Source of the DNA: Rhynchobatus australiae
Taxonomy: Eukaryota
DNA: 64,000 bases
Direction of reading: 5' to 3'
NCBI GenBank assembly: GCA_034780895.1
Contig: JAUZTB010000071.1
Span: forward strand, 18,543,521 to 18,607,520
The notes below the pieces were generated by a model. The model was not told the DNA's origin. It saw only the letters and a program-made list of their open reading frames with translations, and did no database searches. Positions within the stretch are counted from its first letter, which is position 1. Each line of letters begins with the position of its first letter. This document shows positions 50,041 to 64,000 of this stretch, one piece after another. Position numbers and translations under genes: made by a program.

Positions 50041-53000
50041 ATTTTAATGAATTAAATAAAACAAGGGAAAAAATGTTAGTGTCAGCAACAGAGATCATGA
50101 AATGACTAGATTGTTATTAAAGACCTGTCTGGCATCGTTATTAAAATCTGACCAATGCGTAACTCCAGATTACCTCTCTGTTCCAGAGCTGCTGGACATG
50201 AGCTATAAAATGCCAGGCTTGCCAGTAACACCCACATCCCATGAACAAGTCAACAACAGAAAACCTATTAGGCTAAGTTGTGAGCTGTTTCAGGCTTGAG
50301 AAGTTAGTTTTAGTAAAGTCTTTAAGCAAGTGCATTAAGACTAATGCTGTTGCAAACATGGTCTAGCATGCTAAATTTTTTTGGACGTTTGGTTCATAGT
50401 AAATGTCTATTTCCAGTTTAACACTATTTAAGGGGCCATTTAGTGTTTGACAGAATTCTGGACCTTGTTGCATGTAAATTGGATGAAATAAGTCAGATGT
50501 GAAAATGCACAATTACTTTTAGAAGAGAAGATTACATTGTCATCTGGATATTTCTGGAAAGCTAAAAGCCAATGGTTGATTCTCTTTCCTGCAGTACCAA
50601 AAATGCAAACACTGCTTAGAAAATATTTAAATCAGTTTTGCCTTGTTCAACATCAAGAGAAGTTGGTTTCTAAGTGAAGCTAACTGTTGTAACTGCAGAC
50701 ACACATTCTCCTACACTCAAAAGCAAAGACACCAAAAATTCCTTTCAGAATGCAGTTATTAGAAACCAGTTTAATTCTGATATTAATATACATTGCTTCT
50801 TGTGTGCCCTTCCTCAACAAACATATGTAACTATTCATGCAAAAAAAATCCATACAACCAGTTGTCAGCAGAATACTTGTCTTATTTTAGCCTAAGATAT
50901 AATTTTAATGATAAGATATTAAATATACACACATTACAATTTGCAACATGATGCATCTAGCTCTATTACATTTCCAACCAATGTGGGTTCTGTGCACAAA
51001 TTACCCACATTCAGTTAACAGTAGCAATTAGGAGAAGATTAAAACTAGATTGATTTTCAGTCAATGGAAAATTCACATATCAGCTATTCACTTAGCAAGA
51101 GTATTGCAGTCAAGTGAGCTTAAGACATACTGTTACATTAGATTTTCTTTTGTATGTAATAATATATTCAGATGTCCATGACCATTATACTTATTATTCA
51201 TGGGGTTTAAATCAAAGCACTATTTGGCCCAAAACCAACTAAATCAGTGAAACACAATATTAAGCAAAATCCTACCAAATAGTATATTACAGCTAACTCT
51301 GAAATATTGGCTTAGTATCACTTGTCCCAATTTAGGAACTAGCTCATTGTCTGCACACCATTGGATATGCATTTGAAAATGTTCGAAGACCAATTTCTAA
51401 CCCTTCTGGGTGGAGATCTTCTTTCCTGACAGTATGCATGACATTTATAGCCCAAANNNNNNNNNNNNNNNNNNNNNNNNNNNGTTCATTTGAAAATTCT
51501 CTCCCTGCATTGTTTAATTGACAGTACTGAATCATTTAATTTAATTGTAATAACTTTTCACTAAAATATCGGAGTGGAGTTTGTGATATACACTTTAAAT
51601 ATCTATGCAGTAGTGGTTCTTGGAGAATGGGGCTCAGAGATTGTGCATGTTTATCTATGAAACCGTTAACCAAAATAAAATCTTGTTTGATATTGATGGC
51701 ATTGGCCAAAACAGAAATGATTGTACTCCAGTTGAATGGTCAGAAATTATGGGTCAAATTAAAGTTGGGGAATAAGGAAAAAAGAGTAAATGGAGCTCTT
51801 ACTAAATGTGGAGCAAGTGACTGTATGGAAGATACAGTGTTAATTTCCTCATCTGTTGCTTCAAGTAAAGGAAAAGTATATTTGTGCACTCAACAAATCT
51901 GACCTCTGGTTTGCACCAAAATGCCAAATGATATACTAAAATTTGGGAAAAGTGGAATATATTGAAAAAAAGTTTTTCTTAGAGGAGTTTACACCAAAAT
52001 TCATGAATTGTAGCCTAACTATCCATTCTGTTCTAAAATAAAGAAAAGCCATCTCCATCTACACAGGAGAATTAGTGATGAATCTGCCTCTGTCACCAGC
52101 ATCCTGACAGCAATTAATGAAAAGCTTGTCAATCAGTATTTGTTAAGGCTGTGACAGAATGCTTAGTGATCACATGATAAAGGGACTATGTAATCCAATA
52201 TTCAATAGACTTTAAAAGAACTTAATTGGATGTGAAACATTTTGGAATGTCCTGAGACTGTGAAGAGGATGATTTAAATATAACATAACTCCTTATTTCC
52301 CTCTTTTTCTCTCTCTTTTGCTTTCCTAGTTGTCACCTTTTATTTTTGTCTCTCTTTCTATTTATTTACCCTCTGTATCTCTTTTTACTTCACTAGACTC
52401 AGGACCGTACCAGAACTGTATGGTGCTCATCCATCACTTCTGTTGGTGCACACAGACTACCCAAAAAATTCAACCCAAAATAACTGAAAAAATATCTGCC
52501 CATTAATTCCACAGTGAAAAAGTTCTTTAGCAGTGGGGGAAAACAACAAAGTCTGTGAAAGTAGTTTGTAAAATTTTCTAAAAGATGATGCCACCCGTCG
52601 GACATGTGGGTGTAACCACTGAAGTTTTCATTGACTTCATCTTCCTGTGGATGAGATTCCTTATGATTGAGTTTTGCACAACATGTTAAAACAAGTTAAA
52701 TCTATATTTCTAATGGACAACAAGATCTTCAAGAAAGAAGAGAGGACATTGTTCTCTTCTGATAAAGTTCCTCCCTTGTCCATTGGTCAAAGAATGACAA
52801 GTTACAGTGATAGCTCTTATCCTTAGCAATGAACTTTTTCAGTCCACCAAGAGACTATTTAAAGAGTGTGGTGTTTTCATCCATTTTTAGTGCACTTTTC
52901 TTGGTTGGAGCATGCCTTGTTGAAGCATGCATTGAAACAATGGAGGAGAGAATTGGAATGTAATTACAAGAATGTTGATGGATCAATTGTTAATAATAGA

Positions 53001-54169
53001 CATGAATGCACAATGAGTAACATGCTCAAGTGTGGTTCATCCAGCTGTGGGATATATACGTATGTTTAAGCGTTGATAAGAGTAGAAACTGCAAATGGTT
53101 TGCATCACTGATTAGGTCCTGTAGAATATTGCAGGTCAGGAGAGGGAAAAACATTCTCCTTTTAGGTGGAAGGAAATTCCCTGAATAACGTAAGGTCTGG
53201 AAGTCATGGGAAGCACCAGCCTTGAGCGCAGCAGCCCTAATATTTATGGGAAAGCAGGAAGGGAGAACAAGGACTGTGATGGTGGTAGAGAAACTCAGAA
53301 ATTCCAGGGAAGCAGAGGTTTAGTCCAATTTAGTGACAGGACGTCATAATAATGTTTTAAAACTCAGTTTCTAACAGGGCAGCTGGCCAAATTGACAGGC
53401 TGGCCACCTGCCAGGTGGGAAAGCCAGCAACAGGATGCTACATTTCCTCCAGACAGATGCTGGCTTGAACGCTCCCTTCCATTCAGGTGCTTTGCCAGAC
53501 TGGAAATCTGACAGATTCATTCCTGCCAAGATCATGTTGACTGAATCTAACGATTGGTATGAATGTAAATGTGAGGATTGGAATTAATTTGGAATCATGC
53601 AACTGGGAAACATCAGAGCCTATTGTACAGTGGGATCCTTGCAATTATAGGAGACTGAGGCTTGCTTGAGATTGGTGGAGTGGGTTAGACAATTGGAGAG
53701 CTGAGCAGAAACCGTGATCAATAGAAGGTTTGCTTGAGAGGTCAGATGAAACATTCCTGATCCTTCTGGTTCACATATATTCCCCACCCCTGTCCCCTGC
53801 TAGCTGTTCCCATCCTGCTTTAGTTATCAGATTTACTAAACCCTGGAAAACTGGCCCCCTCCCCCCACCAAAATATTACTTTTATCTCAAGCTGCCAAAT
53901 ACATTGTAAAGCTTGCATAATGTCCTAATTTGTGATATGGAAATCTGTGTAATAGGGAAGATTTTGTAATCAGTGGCAGTCATGAGTAAGTTAAGTCAAT
54001 TGGTCTAGTTTCACCCAATCGGTTGTTCTCAAGGTTTCTCAGCTGAGCTATCTTACTCACTCAGTTGTTTATTCATTTATGGGATGCGGGTATCATGGAT
54101 AGGGACAGTATTTATTTCCCATCCCTAGTAGCTCTTAAGATATTAACTTTTTGAATCGCTGCATTCATA

Positions 54170-54505
54170 CGGAGACACAAGAGACTGCAAATGCTTGAAG
54201 CTGGAGTCAAAAAACAAATGACCAGAGAAACTCAGCAGATCAGGTCACATCTGTGGAGCCAGAGGGTTGGTCGACAATTTGGGTCAAGAGCCTGCATCAA
54301 AACTTCATATTTGCATCCATGGGAACTATCCATGGGAGCCAGAATCACAGAGACATACTGCACAGAAACAGGCCATTTGACCCACCCTGTCTGTGCTGAC
54401 CATCAAGTATTCTTGATGCAGGGTCTTGACCCAAAATGTCGACCATCTCTCTGCCTTCACAGATGCCACCTGACCTGCTGAGCTCCTCCAGCATTTTGTT
54501 TTCTG
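54170..54505. mobile_element. Palindromic Penelope-derived element enclosing a CR1 tail fragment
   Basis: Inverted arms 54170-54300 and 54412-54500; CR1 tail on - at 54341-54411. Confidence 0.75.
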
Positions 54506-54689
54506 TTGGTGAATGTATTGCCGTTGCTTCTTGTGAACATTTTGCCCCAACAAGAAAAGATTATTTTGGAGATTCTATGGGTTCACCAAATAGATTGGCT
54601 GCAGCAAGGATTTTGAATTTCTAGATATTTGAGCACCAAGAGACCTATTGTCACAGAATGCATGTCAATGCTTATGTTGTTATTGTGTG

Positions 54690-55803
54690 CCATTGACTTC
54701 AGTGGGAAAGACCATGTCAAAGTGGTGGAAGCAGTGGTGCTACAGAGGGTGGCAGTGGAAGCTGTTATTCTGGCTGAAGGTCCATGACCATTGGTGTTCT
54801 GCAGGGATCAGCACTGGGACCTCTGTTCTTTATGATATATGTAAGTGACTTGAACAAAAATGTAAATTTGCAGACGACACAAGGATTGGTAGAGTTGTGG
54901 ACAGTGAAGACGGTTGTCAAAGGATATGGGCGGAGAAATGGCAGATGGAGTTTAATCTGAGCAAGTGTGAGGGAGTCACTTTGACAGTCAGTCACTTCGG
55001 GAGGTCAAATGTAAGTGGAAAGTGTACAGTTAATGGCAGGACCCTTAACAGCATTAATGTATAGAGGGATTTTGGGATCCAAGTCCATAGCTCCCTGAAA
55101 ATGGCCAGACAAGTAGATAGGGTGGTAAATAAGACATATGGCATGCTTGCCTTCATTGGTCGGGGCATTGAGTATAAGGGTAAGGAAGTCATGTTGCAAC
55201 TATATAAAACTTAGATTAGGCCACATTTGAGATTATTGTGTGCAATTCTGGTCGTCCCATTACAGGAAGGATTTGGAAGCTCTGGAAAGGGTACAGAAGA
55301 AGTTTTCCAGGATGCTGCTGGGTTAGGGGGTATGAGCTATAAGGAGAGGTTGGACCCCAAGATGCCTCTGTACATTAATGTTGTTAAAGGTCCTGCCATT
55401 AACTGAGATTGGGTTGTTTTCTCTGGCACATTGAAGAAGTTTATGACATTATGAGAGGCATAGATAGGGTAGACAGTCAGAATCTTTATCCCAGAATAGA
55501 AATGTCAAATACTAGAGGACATGCATTTAAGGTGAGAAAGGGAAAGTTTAAGAGACATGTACGGGGTAAGTTTTTTTACAGAGTGGTAGGTGTATAGAAT
55601 ATGCTGCCAGGGGTAGTGGTGGAAGCAGATACGGTAGTGGCATTTGAGAGGATTTTAGATAGACACATACATATTGCAGGGAATAGATGAAATAGAACAT
55701 ATGCAGCCAGAAGAGATTAAGTTTAATTTGTTATTGTGTTTGGCACAGAAAGTGCAGGCTGAAGGACCTGTTCCTGTGCTGTACTGTTCTATGTTCCATG
55801 TTC
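54690..55803 (+). mobile_element. 5'-truncated CR1 LINE with complete 3' end
   Basis: GVLQGSALGPL, KFADDTRIG, WQMEFNLSKCE, YGMLAFIGRGIEYKGKEVMLQLYK, YCVQFWSSHYRKD; tail tgtgctgtactgttctatgttc. Confidence 0.92.
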
Positions 55804-57644
55804 GAATGTCGCTCGTGAAATGGAGGATACTCTCTGGGCTTGAATCTGAGATCCAATCACATGTATTTCCTGACAGCACAATAGAAGAGTGCTGGGTATT
55901 GTTCCAAATGTCATCACAAAGTTTAACAGTCATCTGGTTGGAAATGACATGAGTTAGTTCTGTCAAACTTCTATTGAGCCATTGAGTAAAGGACACCATT
56001 AATACCCAGCCACCCATAAAGGCATGTAGGCCTATTGGCAGTTGCCATGTAGATGTTTTCAGCTGGGGATACATACATGACTTGTCAAGGTTCCAAATTT
56101 ACTGGCCGAGCTTTGCCAGCAAATTCCCAACTGTGTTCCCCTGCTGGACTCCCTTTGTAGTCTAACGATGGACCAGGAGCTTGTTGAGATATCCTTGCTT
56201 TTTGGATCCTGCTCATAAACTGCTAAGTTGCTTTGGATTGTCAGAAAGATGCCATTATTATATCACAGGGATATTGTGGTCCCACTGAAAAATAATAATT
56301 GCATTTTACCAGTGATTATCCATTCATAAAAACATATCTCCAGTTGAATGCCTTCATGGACAGTAATAGGAGTAAACTGCTTATGTATGTGTGGGAATGA
56401 AAGGGAGATAATGTATCACTTCCTTTCAGCAAACTGATTTAGCAATTGTGAGGTACATAGATTAATGACATGAGCAAGCTCTCCTGGTACACAGATGGAT
56501 AGAGCCAAGGCTTAAGTATGTATTCTGCCTGCGGCATGTAATATCTGACCACTGTGCTATAGTACTTGAGGGCAGAGCTAATATTTTACACCAAAAATCT
56601 AACAGTCATTACAGATGTTGTTGCGCCAGAGGTCTATCTTTAGCATTTGTTTTTGCAAACATTTTTAATAATTGTAGTAGATGACATAATGCATTTATCA
56701 TTGCGATTAGTTTCTGATGTATGCCATATGGAGCACACGTGCCATGATGAGACTTCAGGTCACCACTGAATGATGTGAGTGAAATTGTTCCAATTTCTTT
56801 TTCACAGAGATATTACATTAGCACAGCCATATTTCAATAATTTAATCTATCATCAACTAGCATACCAATAGAAGTGTAAACAGGTTGTGACACCACTATT
56901 AATTGAAATTCATGTGCTAACAATTTGACCAATACACTTGCACATAAAGCTTTGAGCTTGTGGATGCAAAGCCATTCAGTAAATTAAATCCTGGGCAGAC
57001 TGGACTCATTCTACCTACTGCTCTGAACTGAGCTCAGGTTCTATTTGTGGCAAGTTTCTGACAGGACTCCAACATTCCAGGTTAGCAGAAGACAACAAAG
57101 GGAGCACAGGATCTCAAAAGATGCAACAAGTTTTCCAATAAAACTCCCAGCTGAGACTGAGGCTCAAGGAAAAACCTGGAGAGAAACAAAAATGAAGAGG
57201 TCACTGTTGGGTCTAGACTCTTCATTTGATGCATGTGCTTCAACTCCCATCACCACCTTGGACCAACCCCAGCCAATGTCAGATTTTACACCATTGAACT
57301 ATGAAGCTGAGGGAACAGAAAAGTGGGTCAAGGATGAGGAGTGAGACTGGAGCATGACAGGAATTCTCTGTTTCTCAGTTGAGTCCCCTTTTCCAGCAAG
57401 CTTAACAGAAAAAATTCCTCCCCCGGGTGCAGTAAAAAAGAGCTTAGACAGTTTATCTTCTGTTTCTCTGGCAATGCTACTGACTAGCTAAAGAGTAACA
57501 CTAAAGATCAGGCTGGTGAAGTGAAACTCTATTGTAGCATGTCATCCAAAATGTAGATCCGAAATTAGAATATAAATATACACCTGGAACTTTTACAGGT
57601 AAACAACTGGTAGAAATTACAGAGGAATGAGGTAAAGAGCTATT

Positions 57645-57782
57645 GAAGAAAAAAAACAAACTGCTGGAGGAACTCAGCAGGTCAGGCAGCATCTGTGGAG
57701 GGAAATGGACAGTTAACTTTATATCTGATCTGATAAGTTCTTTTTTGCTCCAGCTTCTAGCATCTGTAGTGTCTTGTGTTTC
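57645..57782. mobile_element. Penelope-derived element (internally deleted)
   Basis: ctgctggaggaactcagcaggtcaggcagcatctgtggagggaaatggacag, followed by the reverse terminus ctccag...gcatctgtagtgtcttgtgtttc. Confidence 0.7.
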
Positions 57783-58185
57783 CGTGCTGTTGAAGATGTT
57801 TCTCCTAGTTCTTGTTCAATCTGCGGTGCAAGTTATGCTGGTGGGAGGGGAGAGCCCAGTGGCTTCAGCAAGTTCAACTAAAGGTACAGAGTCAATGGAC
57901 AAGCAGAAGAATATATGACAATAAAGGTTTGCTCATGAATTATCAAATCAACTCACAATTTGTAAAAGTGATTGTGTTTCCCTACACAATAAATCAGTGA
58001 AAAAAAAAGCATGATAAAGTCAGAAAGTCAAAAGTATTCAACCAATAAGATTTGAAAGATCAAGTCTGGCAAAGTCATCAGCTTTACAAACCCAAATGAG
58101 CCATGGAACAATTCACCCTCGTTTCAGTTTGCAAAGTAGAAATGAACCAATAATGAAAGCGACAAAAAGCAAGACATTTTAATAA

Positions 58186-58400
58186 TAACAGGAAATGCTG
58201 GAAATACTCAGTAGATCAAATGGCATACTTTGAAGAGAGAGTGTTAACAATTTGGGTCAAATGACCTCCTTCATTGGAACCAATGAAATGTCATTGACCT
58301 GAAATGCTAACTCTGTTTCTCTCCCCAGAGACTGCTGCTTTATCTGCTGAGTATTTCCTACATTTTCTGTTTTACTCCAGATTTCCGTCATCTGCAGTTT
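58186..58400. mobile_element. Palindromic Penelope-derived element
   Basis: Inverted arms acaggaaatgctggaaatactcag and ctgagtatttcctacattttctgt; inner gtcattgacctgaaatg motif. Confidence 0.7.
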
Positions 58401-60014
58401 GTTTTATTTCATATATGTTTCAATATTTATGCATCTATCATCGCATGCAGAGCCCTTAGTATTTTTTTTAATACTCCCCTTGAAATTTGGAAAAAGTAGC
58501 ATTCCTCTGAAAACTAAGCTGAACTCTTTCATACTGACGGTAATTTAGTTTATTGCAAGACTGTTTATCAATTGATTATTGAACAGTAGGGTACTTCTCT
58601 TGCCAGAGTATGTTTGAAAAATAATTTGGACAAAAGAAGAACAAACGTTTAAATACTTTTAAATTCCTTGATTATCTTTAGGGATCAGAATATTTTCAAA
58701 ATTCTTTCTCTCTGGAGATTAAATATGGTTTACATGTGATATCTTACATATGATTTTCAATGGACAATTGATCTTTTCCACACATTAGTTATAGAGTCAT
58801 AGAGTAGTATAGCACAGAAACAGCCCCTTCAGCCTATCAAATTCAGGCTGACTATCAAATACCCATCAAAACTAAGTTCTATTATTTTATTGTTTCTAAA
58901 TATTTTGCACATTTATCACGACATATTCTGTCAGAATTACTTATTAGGTGCTTTTTCTGTATGAAATTCTGTATTATTGGTTGCCTTGCGTTCTTCTTCA
59001 CAAATCTTGTGAAATATTTTGCAATATCCTTCAACGTTCAATAGCCATTTTTGTAGAGGAGAGTTTATATTTTTATAATACAAACCTTCATAGGACTTTT
59101 AAAACAGACCATCTGCAGCATACTGAAAATATTTAAAAGAACTCATGCATGTTGTTGCAATAACATGCCAAGTTTGTTAAAGCAACTGTGTATTTAGGTA
59201 TCACCACAATATGTAATTTAAACAAGGCAGCAGATTTCAAATGTGAAATATATTAATGAAAATGATTCAAACCAGAAATAAAAAGGGTAACACAAGCCAT
59301 TGGAGATTTGTATATAAAATACCAAGAATTCTGATTTATCAGGAGCAAAGAACACTCATTAACTTTTGGTTACGTTTCCAAATCCCACAAAATAAATCAC
59401 TCAAGGACCACACTCACAAACACAGTGTTAGGTACGTACCTTCTCATGTTTATTTTTTTACCGGCAACAACATACTTGAACGTAAAATACTGATAAAATC
59501 CAAAAAGCATCAAATTGTGGTGACAGTATTTGTTTACAAGTAAAAACCAAACATTTAACCAGCGGGGAAAAATATTGGGGTAATGCTAATTTTTGCCAGC
59601 CTGAGATGAAATTTTTGTACAAAAGGACTAGAAATAGCTGGTTGAAGGTAAAGCAATGTAAGAGTAAAGGGAGACAGTCAAATGTTCACAATGAAAGTTC
59701 AGACCGAAAACATGCCCAATGAAAGAAAATGGGAATTCACATATCTAGGCACATGTGGTTGTTGATTAAACACAGGGTGAGATAAGGCAAAAATGTTAAT
59801 TATGACAAATACCAATGATTCAGCATTACGGAAAACCGAAACAAAAATTATACAATTGAACTTCCAGGCATCTGCAGTGCAAAGCAATAGAGGGATCTTG
59901 GAGAAAATGTCCACAGATCCCTGATATGTAGGTAAAATAGCTATGAAAGCATACAGGATGTTGGAATAAAAACAGAAATGTTAGACAGCCTAAATGAAAA
60001 TCAAACAAAAACCC

Positions 60015-60452
60015 ATGTAGATATTAGAAATCTGAAGTAAACACAGATGATTCTGGAAACACTCAGCAGGTCAGGCAGCACCTGTGGGAAAAGAAACAGT
60101 TAATGTTTCAGGTCCAGGATCCTCCAGTGCGGGAAATAGGTAAAATGAAATGAAGGGTTCTGTTAACAATGGTAGAGGAGAAGTTACAGTTAAGGACTAA
60201 GGAAGATATCGTAGAAGCACCTGTTGAAAATCCAGTCACCAGAGCAAACTCAACAAAGACAGATAATGGAATGGAGTTATTACAGGAGGCAGGATGGGAG
60301 GAAGGATAGTTGAGATAGCTGTGAGAGCCTGTGAAGTTATAATGGATATTGGTTGCTAACCTGTCTCCAAAAATAGAAGCAAAGAAATCCAGAAACAGGA
60401 GGAAAGAATCGGAAATGGATTATGTAAAAGCGAGAGTGGGGTGGAAATTGGC
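60015..60452 (-). mobile_element. Penelope-like element: RT-thumb relic plus terminal repeat arm
   Basis: Minus strand from 60452 translates ANFHPTLAFT*SISDSFLLFLDF...GDRLATNIHYNFTGSHSYLNYPSSHPASCNNSIP (PLE RT: NFHP.L.FT, FLD, HSYL.Y.SSHP). It is contiguous with the repeat arm at 60015-60125. Confidence 0.85.
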
Positions 60453-61012
60453 CTCTATTGGCAGAGACATCAGATATAAGGACAGGTTAATTATGCTTGA
60501 ACCATGTATGGCACTTTCCTGGCCACAGCTGGAGGATTCTACATATTTGTTCACCATATGACCTGAAGAATGTTGTAGCATCAGAAAGGATGTCAAGGAG
60601 ATTCACAGGGTGTAACTGCCCGATCTAGAGAACCATTGTTTTGTGGTGAGACTGACTAGTTGGATTGTTTTCTTTGTAATTGGGAATATTGTGAGAAAGA
60701 TTGAAAAGTACAAAATTCTGAGCAATCTCAGCAGGGTGAACAGGAAGGACCAATTTTCCCTTGGAAGTGATGTCACTAACTCGGCGACATAGAATTAAAA
60801 TTAATCGGCAGATGGACTTGTGGGGAGTTGAGGAACAAATATTTCACTCACTGCCTTAAAGGATAGTGAAGGCAGAAACCTTCATTTAAAAAATAAACAC
60901 CTTGTGTCTTATAGTACTGCAGGCCAAGTGCTGGGCTGTGGGAGTAACAATCTTGGCTGGCATGGTCACAATGGGCTGAAAAGCCTCCTGCTGTTGCATA
61001 AATTTCTACAAT
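60453..61012 (+). mobile_element. CR1 3' end fragment
   Basis: IGRDIRYKDRLIMLE...WPQLE followed by degenerate C-terminus and 3'UTR. Confidence 0.75.
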
Positions 61013-61374
61013 TCAGTGATTTTCTTCCCAGGATTGTTGACATTTGTTTCCAATCCAGCTGTTTAATAGTTGGAAGTAGATCTAATGCTTCAAGTTTCCC
61101 AGTCTGTATCGAAGTAATTTCTTTATCCAGCATTTGAGAATATAGGTTGGAGTTGTGTCAGCCAAACTGGTTTCACTGACAACAGGCTGCCAGAGAATCT
61201 GGGTCACTGGTGTCCTTTCAATATAAGTCCTAGTCACAGCAGTTAAAATGAGAAGTTGGATAAGCTTTTGTGTGCTGATTATCAAAGTTTCAGAATCCTT
61301 TTGGGGACCAAGGATTGAATTTTCATCTTAGTACCATGGATACTGATTAAGCCATTAGTCAGCCAACAAAAAAG

Positions 61375-61680
61375 TATAAGAAACAGGAGCAAGGGTAAGG
61401 CCATTTGGTGATTCATGCCTGCTCCACCATTCATCAAGACTTTGGCTGATCTATAACCTCAACATGATTTTCTGCATTATCTCCACGTCTATTGATTCCC
61501 TGAATACCCAGAAATCTATCGATCTCTGTTTTGAATTATCCCAATGACTCCTCCACCACCCTCTTGCACGGATAAATTTCTCCTCACTTCAGTCCTAAAT
61601 GGCATCCTCCTTATTCTGAGAATGTGACCCCTTGCTCTACGAAAGGGAAACATCCTTGCTGTATGTGGCCTGTCAAATGT
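61375..61680 (-). mobile_element. CR1 3' end fragment
   Basis: ataagaaacaggagc...ggccatttgg...cctgctccaccattcatcaaga...ggctgatct...aaatttctcctcacttcagtcctaaatgg. Confidence 0.75.
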
Positions 61681-62924
61681 CCCATACACTGTATAAAATA
61701 TATTCCAACGCAGAAAAAATTGAAGATGGATCCCTTAACATTGTTTTGATGGCATCTACTAATTCAAGGAAAAATTCAAACCTTTTTCCACTGTGTTAGG
61801 TAAGAGAACTGTTGTCAATTACTAAATGGCACTGTCTAATAAACTGATGAATAAATGTTTTAAACAGAAAATAAAGATACCTATAAGATGAGTAACATTA
61901 GAACATTTAAATTCAATGCATTTATTTTAATTGGGCCGATATGTTAATTGTTTATTGATATTTTTACAGCCCATCAGTCTTTATCCTGCCTAATTTTTTA
62001 AATTTATCCACTTGTATATTATTAGCAAATAGAATAACTAAGATGATAGAAGTTAGAAATTTGGAATTATTAGATATTTTTGCTACCAACTTTTCTGGTT
62101 ATTTATCTCGTCTTATAATTACACTTTTGATAACTCATTTAGTCTAAATTAACAATTCATTATTGGCCATTGTTCTTCAAAGGGATAGCGGAGAGATTAT
62201 GATATTCTGGATTTGGGCTGTTATTTGAGATTTTTTATTAATATCAATAACAAAATAATGATAAATTGTACTTTAACAAGAATATATTTTGAAACTTTAA
62301 ATTGACAGTTACACAATGACATTTTTACACATGGAAAAGTTCCCATTATTTTTTTATTATTCGAGAAGATATAGGCTCTTCAATAAACTTTAATCATTTA
62401 TCATTTTTTTCTTCTAGTCAGCTTATTGCTATTTCTATTCAATTCAATTTTAAAAACTGACAAGAATTAGCCTTTAGCATGTTTCTAAAAGATCGGCTAA
62501 TTTATTCATTTCTCTGGCCAAACTGATTTACCCGGTAATTTAAAAAAACATACTGGCTCACTAGGGTATTGTTTGTGCTCTTGCTAAATACAATGAGATA
62601 ATATAACTGTAATGTATTCAATTAGAAGAGTCAAGTGCAACAAAAATGTTAAAGTGCAAATGGAAAAAATAATAAAGAGAACTAAAGACCACTTTGTTTT
62701 ACTTGATTATTAGATATTCATATCTTTGATCAATTGGAAGTATCATTGCCTGATACAAAAGATCGATATAATAAGAATTAATTGTGTGTGAGTGGCATGC
62801 TTTAGGTTATAGACCAGATTAAACACAATCTGTGCTGTGGGAAAGTATAAATGGTTTGAAAGAATTGTATACACTTAGAAAATGAATGAGACACATTGCC
62901 CATCTTGAATACTTTTTCAAACAA

Positions 62925-63296
62925 CACCTTCCAGATGTGTGACATCTATCATCTGAATGAACAGAGGGAGTGCTACCATCTGCAGGTTGGCATCAATTCA
63001 TGTACTGTTATCATTTTGTAATATTTTGTTGTTCTTTCATCATTATTGAGTCTAAGTCACGGAACACCCTATCAAACAGCACTGTGTAAGTACCTTTAAT
63101 AAATCAGCTGCAGCAGTTCAAGAAGGTGGCTCATAACAACCTTCTCAATGGTAGGAATCAAAACTTGATAGTTGGCATGGACATAGTAGACTGAAGGGTC
63201 CGTTTCTGTGCTGTACAAATTTTTGACTTAATGAGGGGTGGACAATAAATGTTAGCCTTACTGGCAATAACTACATCCAGTAAATAAATAAAATAA
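62925..63296 (+). mobile_element. LINE 3' end (elasmobranch CR1-clade-like) with a small nested CR1 tail
   Basis: ctgcagcagttcaagaaggtggctc...caaccttctcaa...gacaataaatgttagcc tail. The same tail occurs reversed at ~54068-54140. Confidence 0.6.
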
Positions 63297-64000
63297 ATAT
63301 ATGTTAACATAGCAAACGAGCAATACTTATATTCTGAGTGTTATTGCAGGAAGAGTCTTCACAATTTGATTCCATTGCAATTTCACTACAAATTGTAAAC
63401 GATCCTGCAAGAACTGTGTAATTGCTAATTATAAAGATCTGATTACTTCATCCCAGGTTTTTATATCCATGTAATATCTTTGATGCCCATAGATTTACTT
63501 AATTAAACCCTATCAGTAATTATAATAGGACAATAGTTGAAATGATTTTTCTTAAAGATGGATTGCTATAGAATGTTCTGTGGCATTATGTGTTGATGTG
63601 GCAACATTCTGCTTTGTAGCATCATAGGACACAGGCTTTTTCTGATCCCAGGTGAAAGTGACTGACTTATCTCTCCAGTACAGTGATGCAGAGGCACCAA
63701 CCAAAGGTAGGGCAATGTTACACCGTGTGGGAAACATAGAATATTGGCCTGTCAAATAGAAGCTATTTTCCAAAGAGTCCAGAGAAGCTGAAAGAATGTT
63801 TTGTCTTGCTTTATGGGAACAGTATGGTGTTAATAGGAAGTGGGGAAGAAAAGACCATGAGGATTAATGCTTGTCAAAAAGGACATATCCAATATTTTAT
63901 TCCAGTGACAAAAATGACTTGAGATTTACATCATATGACATACTTGTGTGATTAACCTTATATACTCAGTAATTCCAAAGAGTAGTAGGCTTTAATGCAT

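Noticed and set aside
57045-57344. 99-aa ORF (also the 84-aa ORF at 46987)
   Set aside because: Non-ATG start, no recognisable homology, no convincing splice context.

Overview
Vertebrate genomic DNA, almost certainly a cartilaginous fish and probably a batoid (ray, skate or sawfish), judged from its repeat families. The assembly is a gappy draft. The window holds one complete convergent (tail-to-tail) Distal-less bigene cluster. Dlx3 is on + (3 exons, ~12870-16452; start codon unresolved next to a short N gap). Dlx4 is on - (3 exons, 31882-27463, 248 aa, strikingly Dlx6-like). The stop codons are ~11 kb apart. The cluster lies in a ~31 kb CpG-retaining, transposon-poor domain (~10.7-42.3 kb), flanked by CpG-depleted DNA rich in CR1 and Rex1/Babar LINE relics, DeuSINE and V-SINE copies, a solo LTR and many palindromic Penelope-derived elements that carry degenerate hammerhead-ribozyme motifs. 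Best leads: (1) a 24-codon uORF whose stop overlaps the Dlx4 start (TAATG); (2) an intergenic enhancer-like block ending in a strong + strand splice donor, resembling the Evf2/Dlx1as antisense-lncRNA layout; (3) the Penelope/hammerhead palindromes, with a recurrent CR1-tail junction; (4) several motif-dense enhancer candidates. No other protein-coding gene, tRNA, rRNA or CRISPR array was recognised. Repeat-family assignments come from recalled consensus sequences, not database searches.
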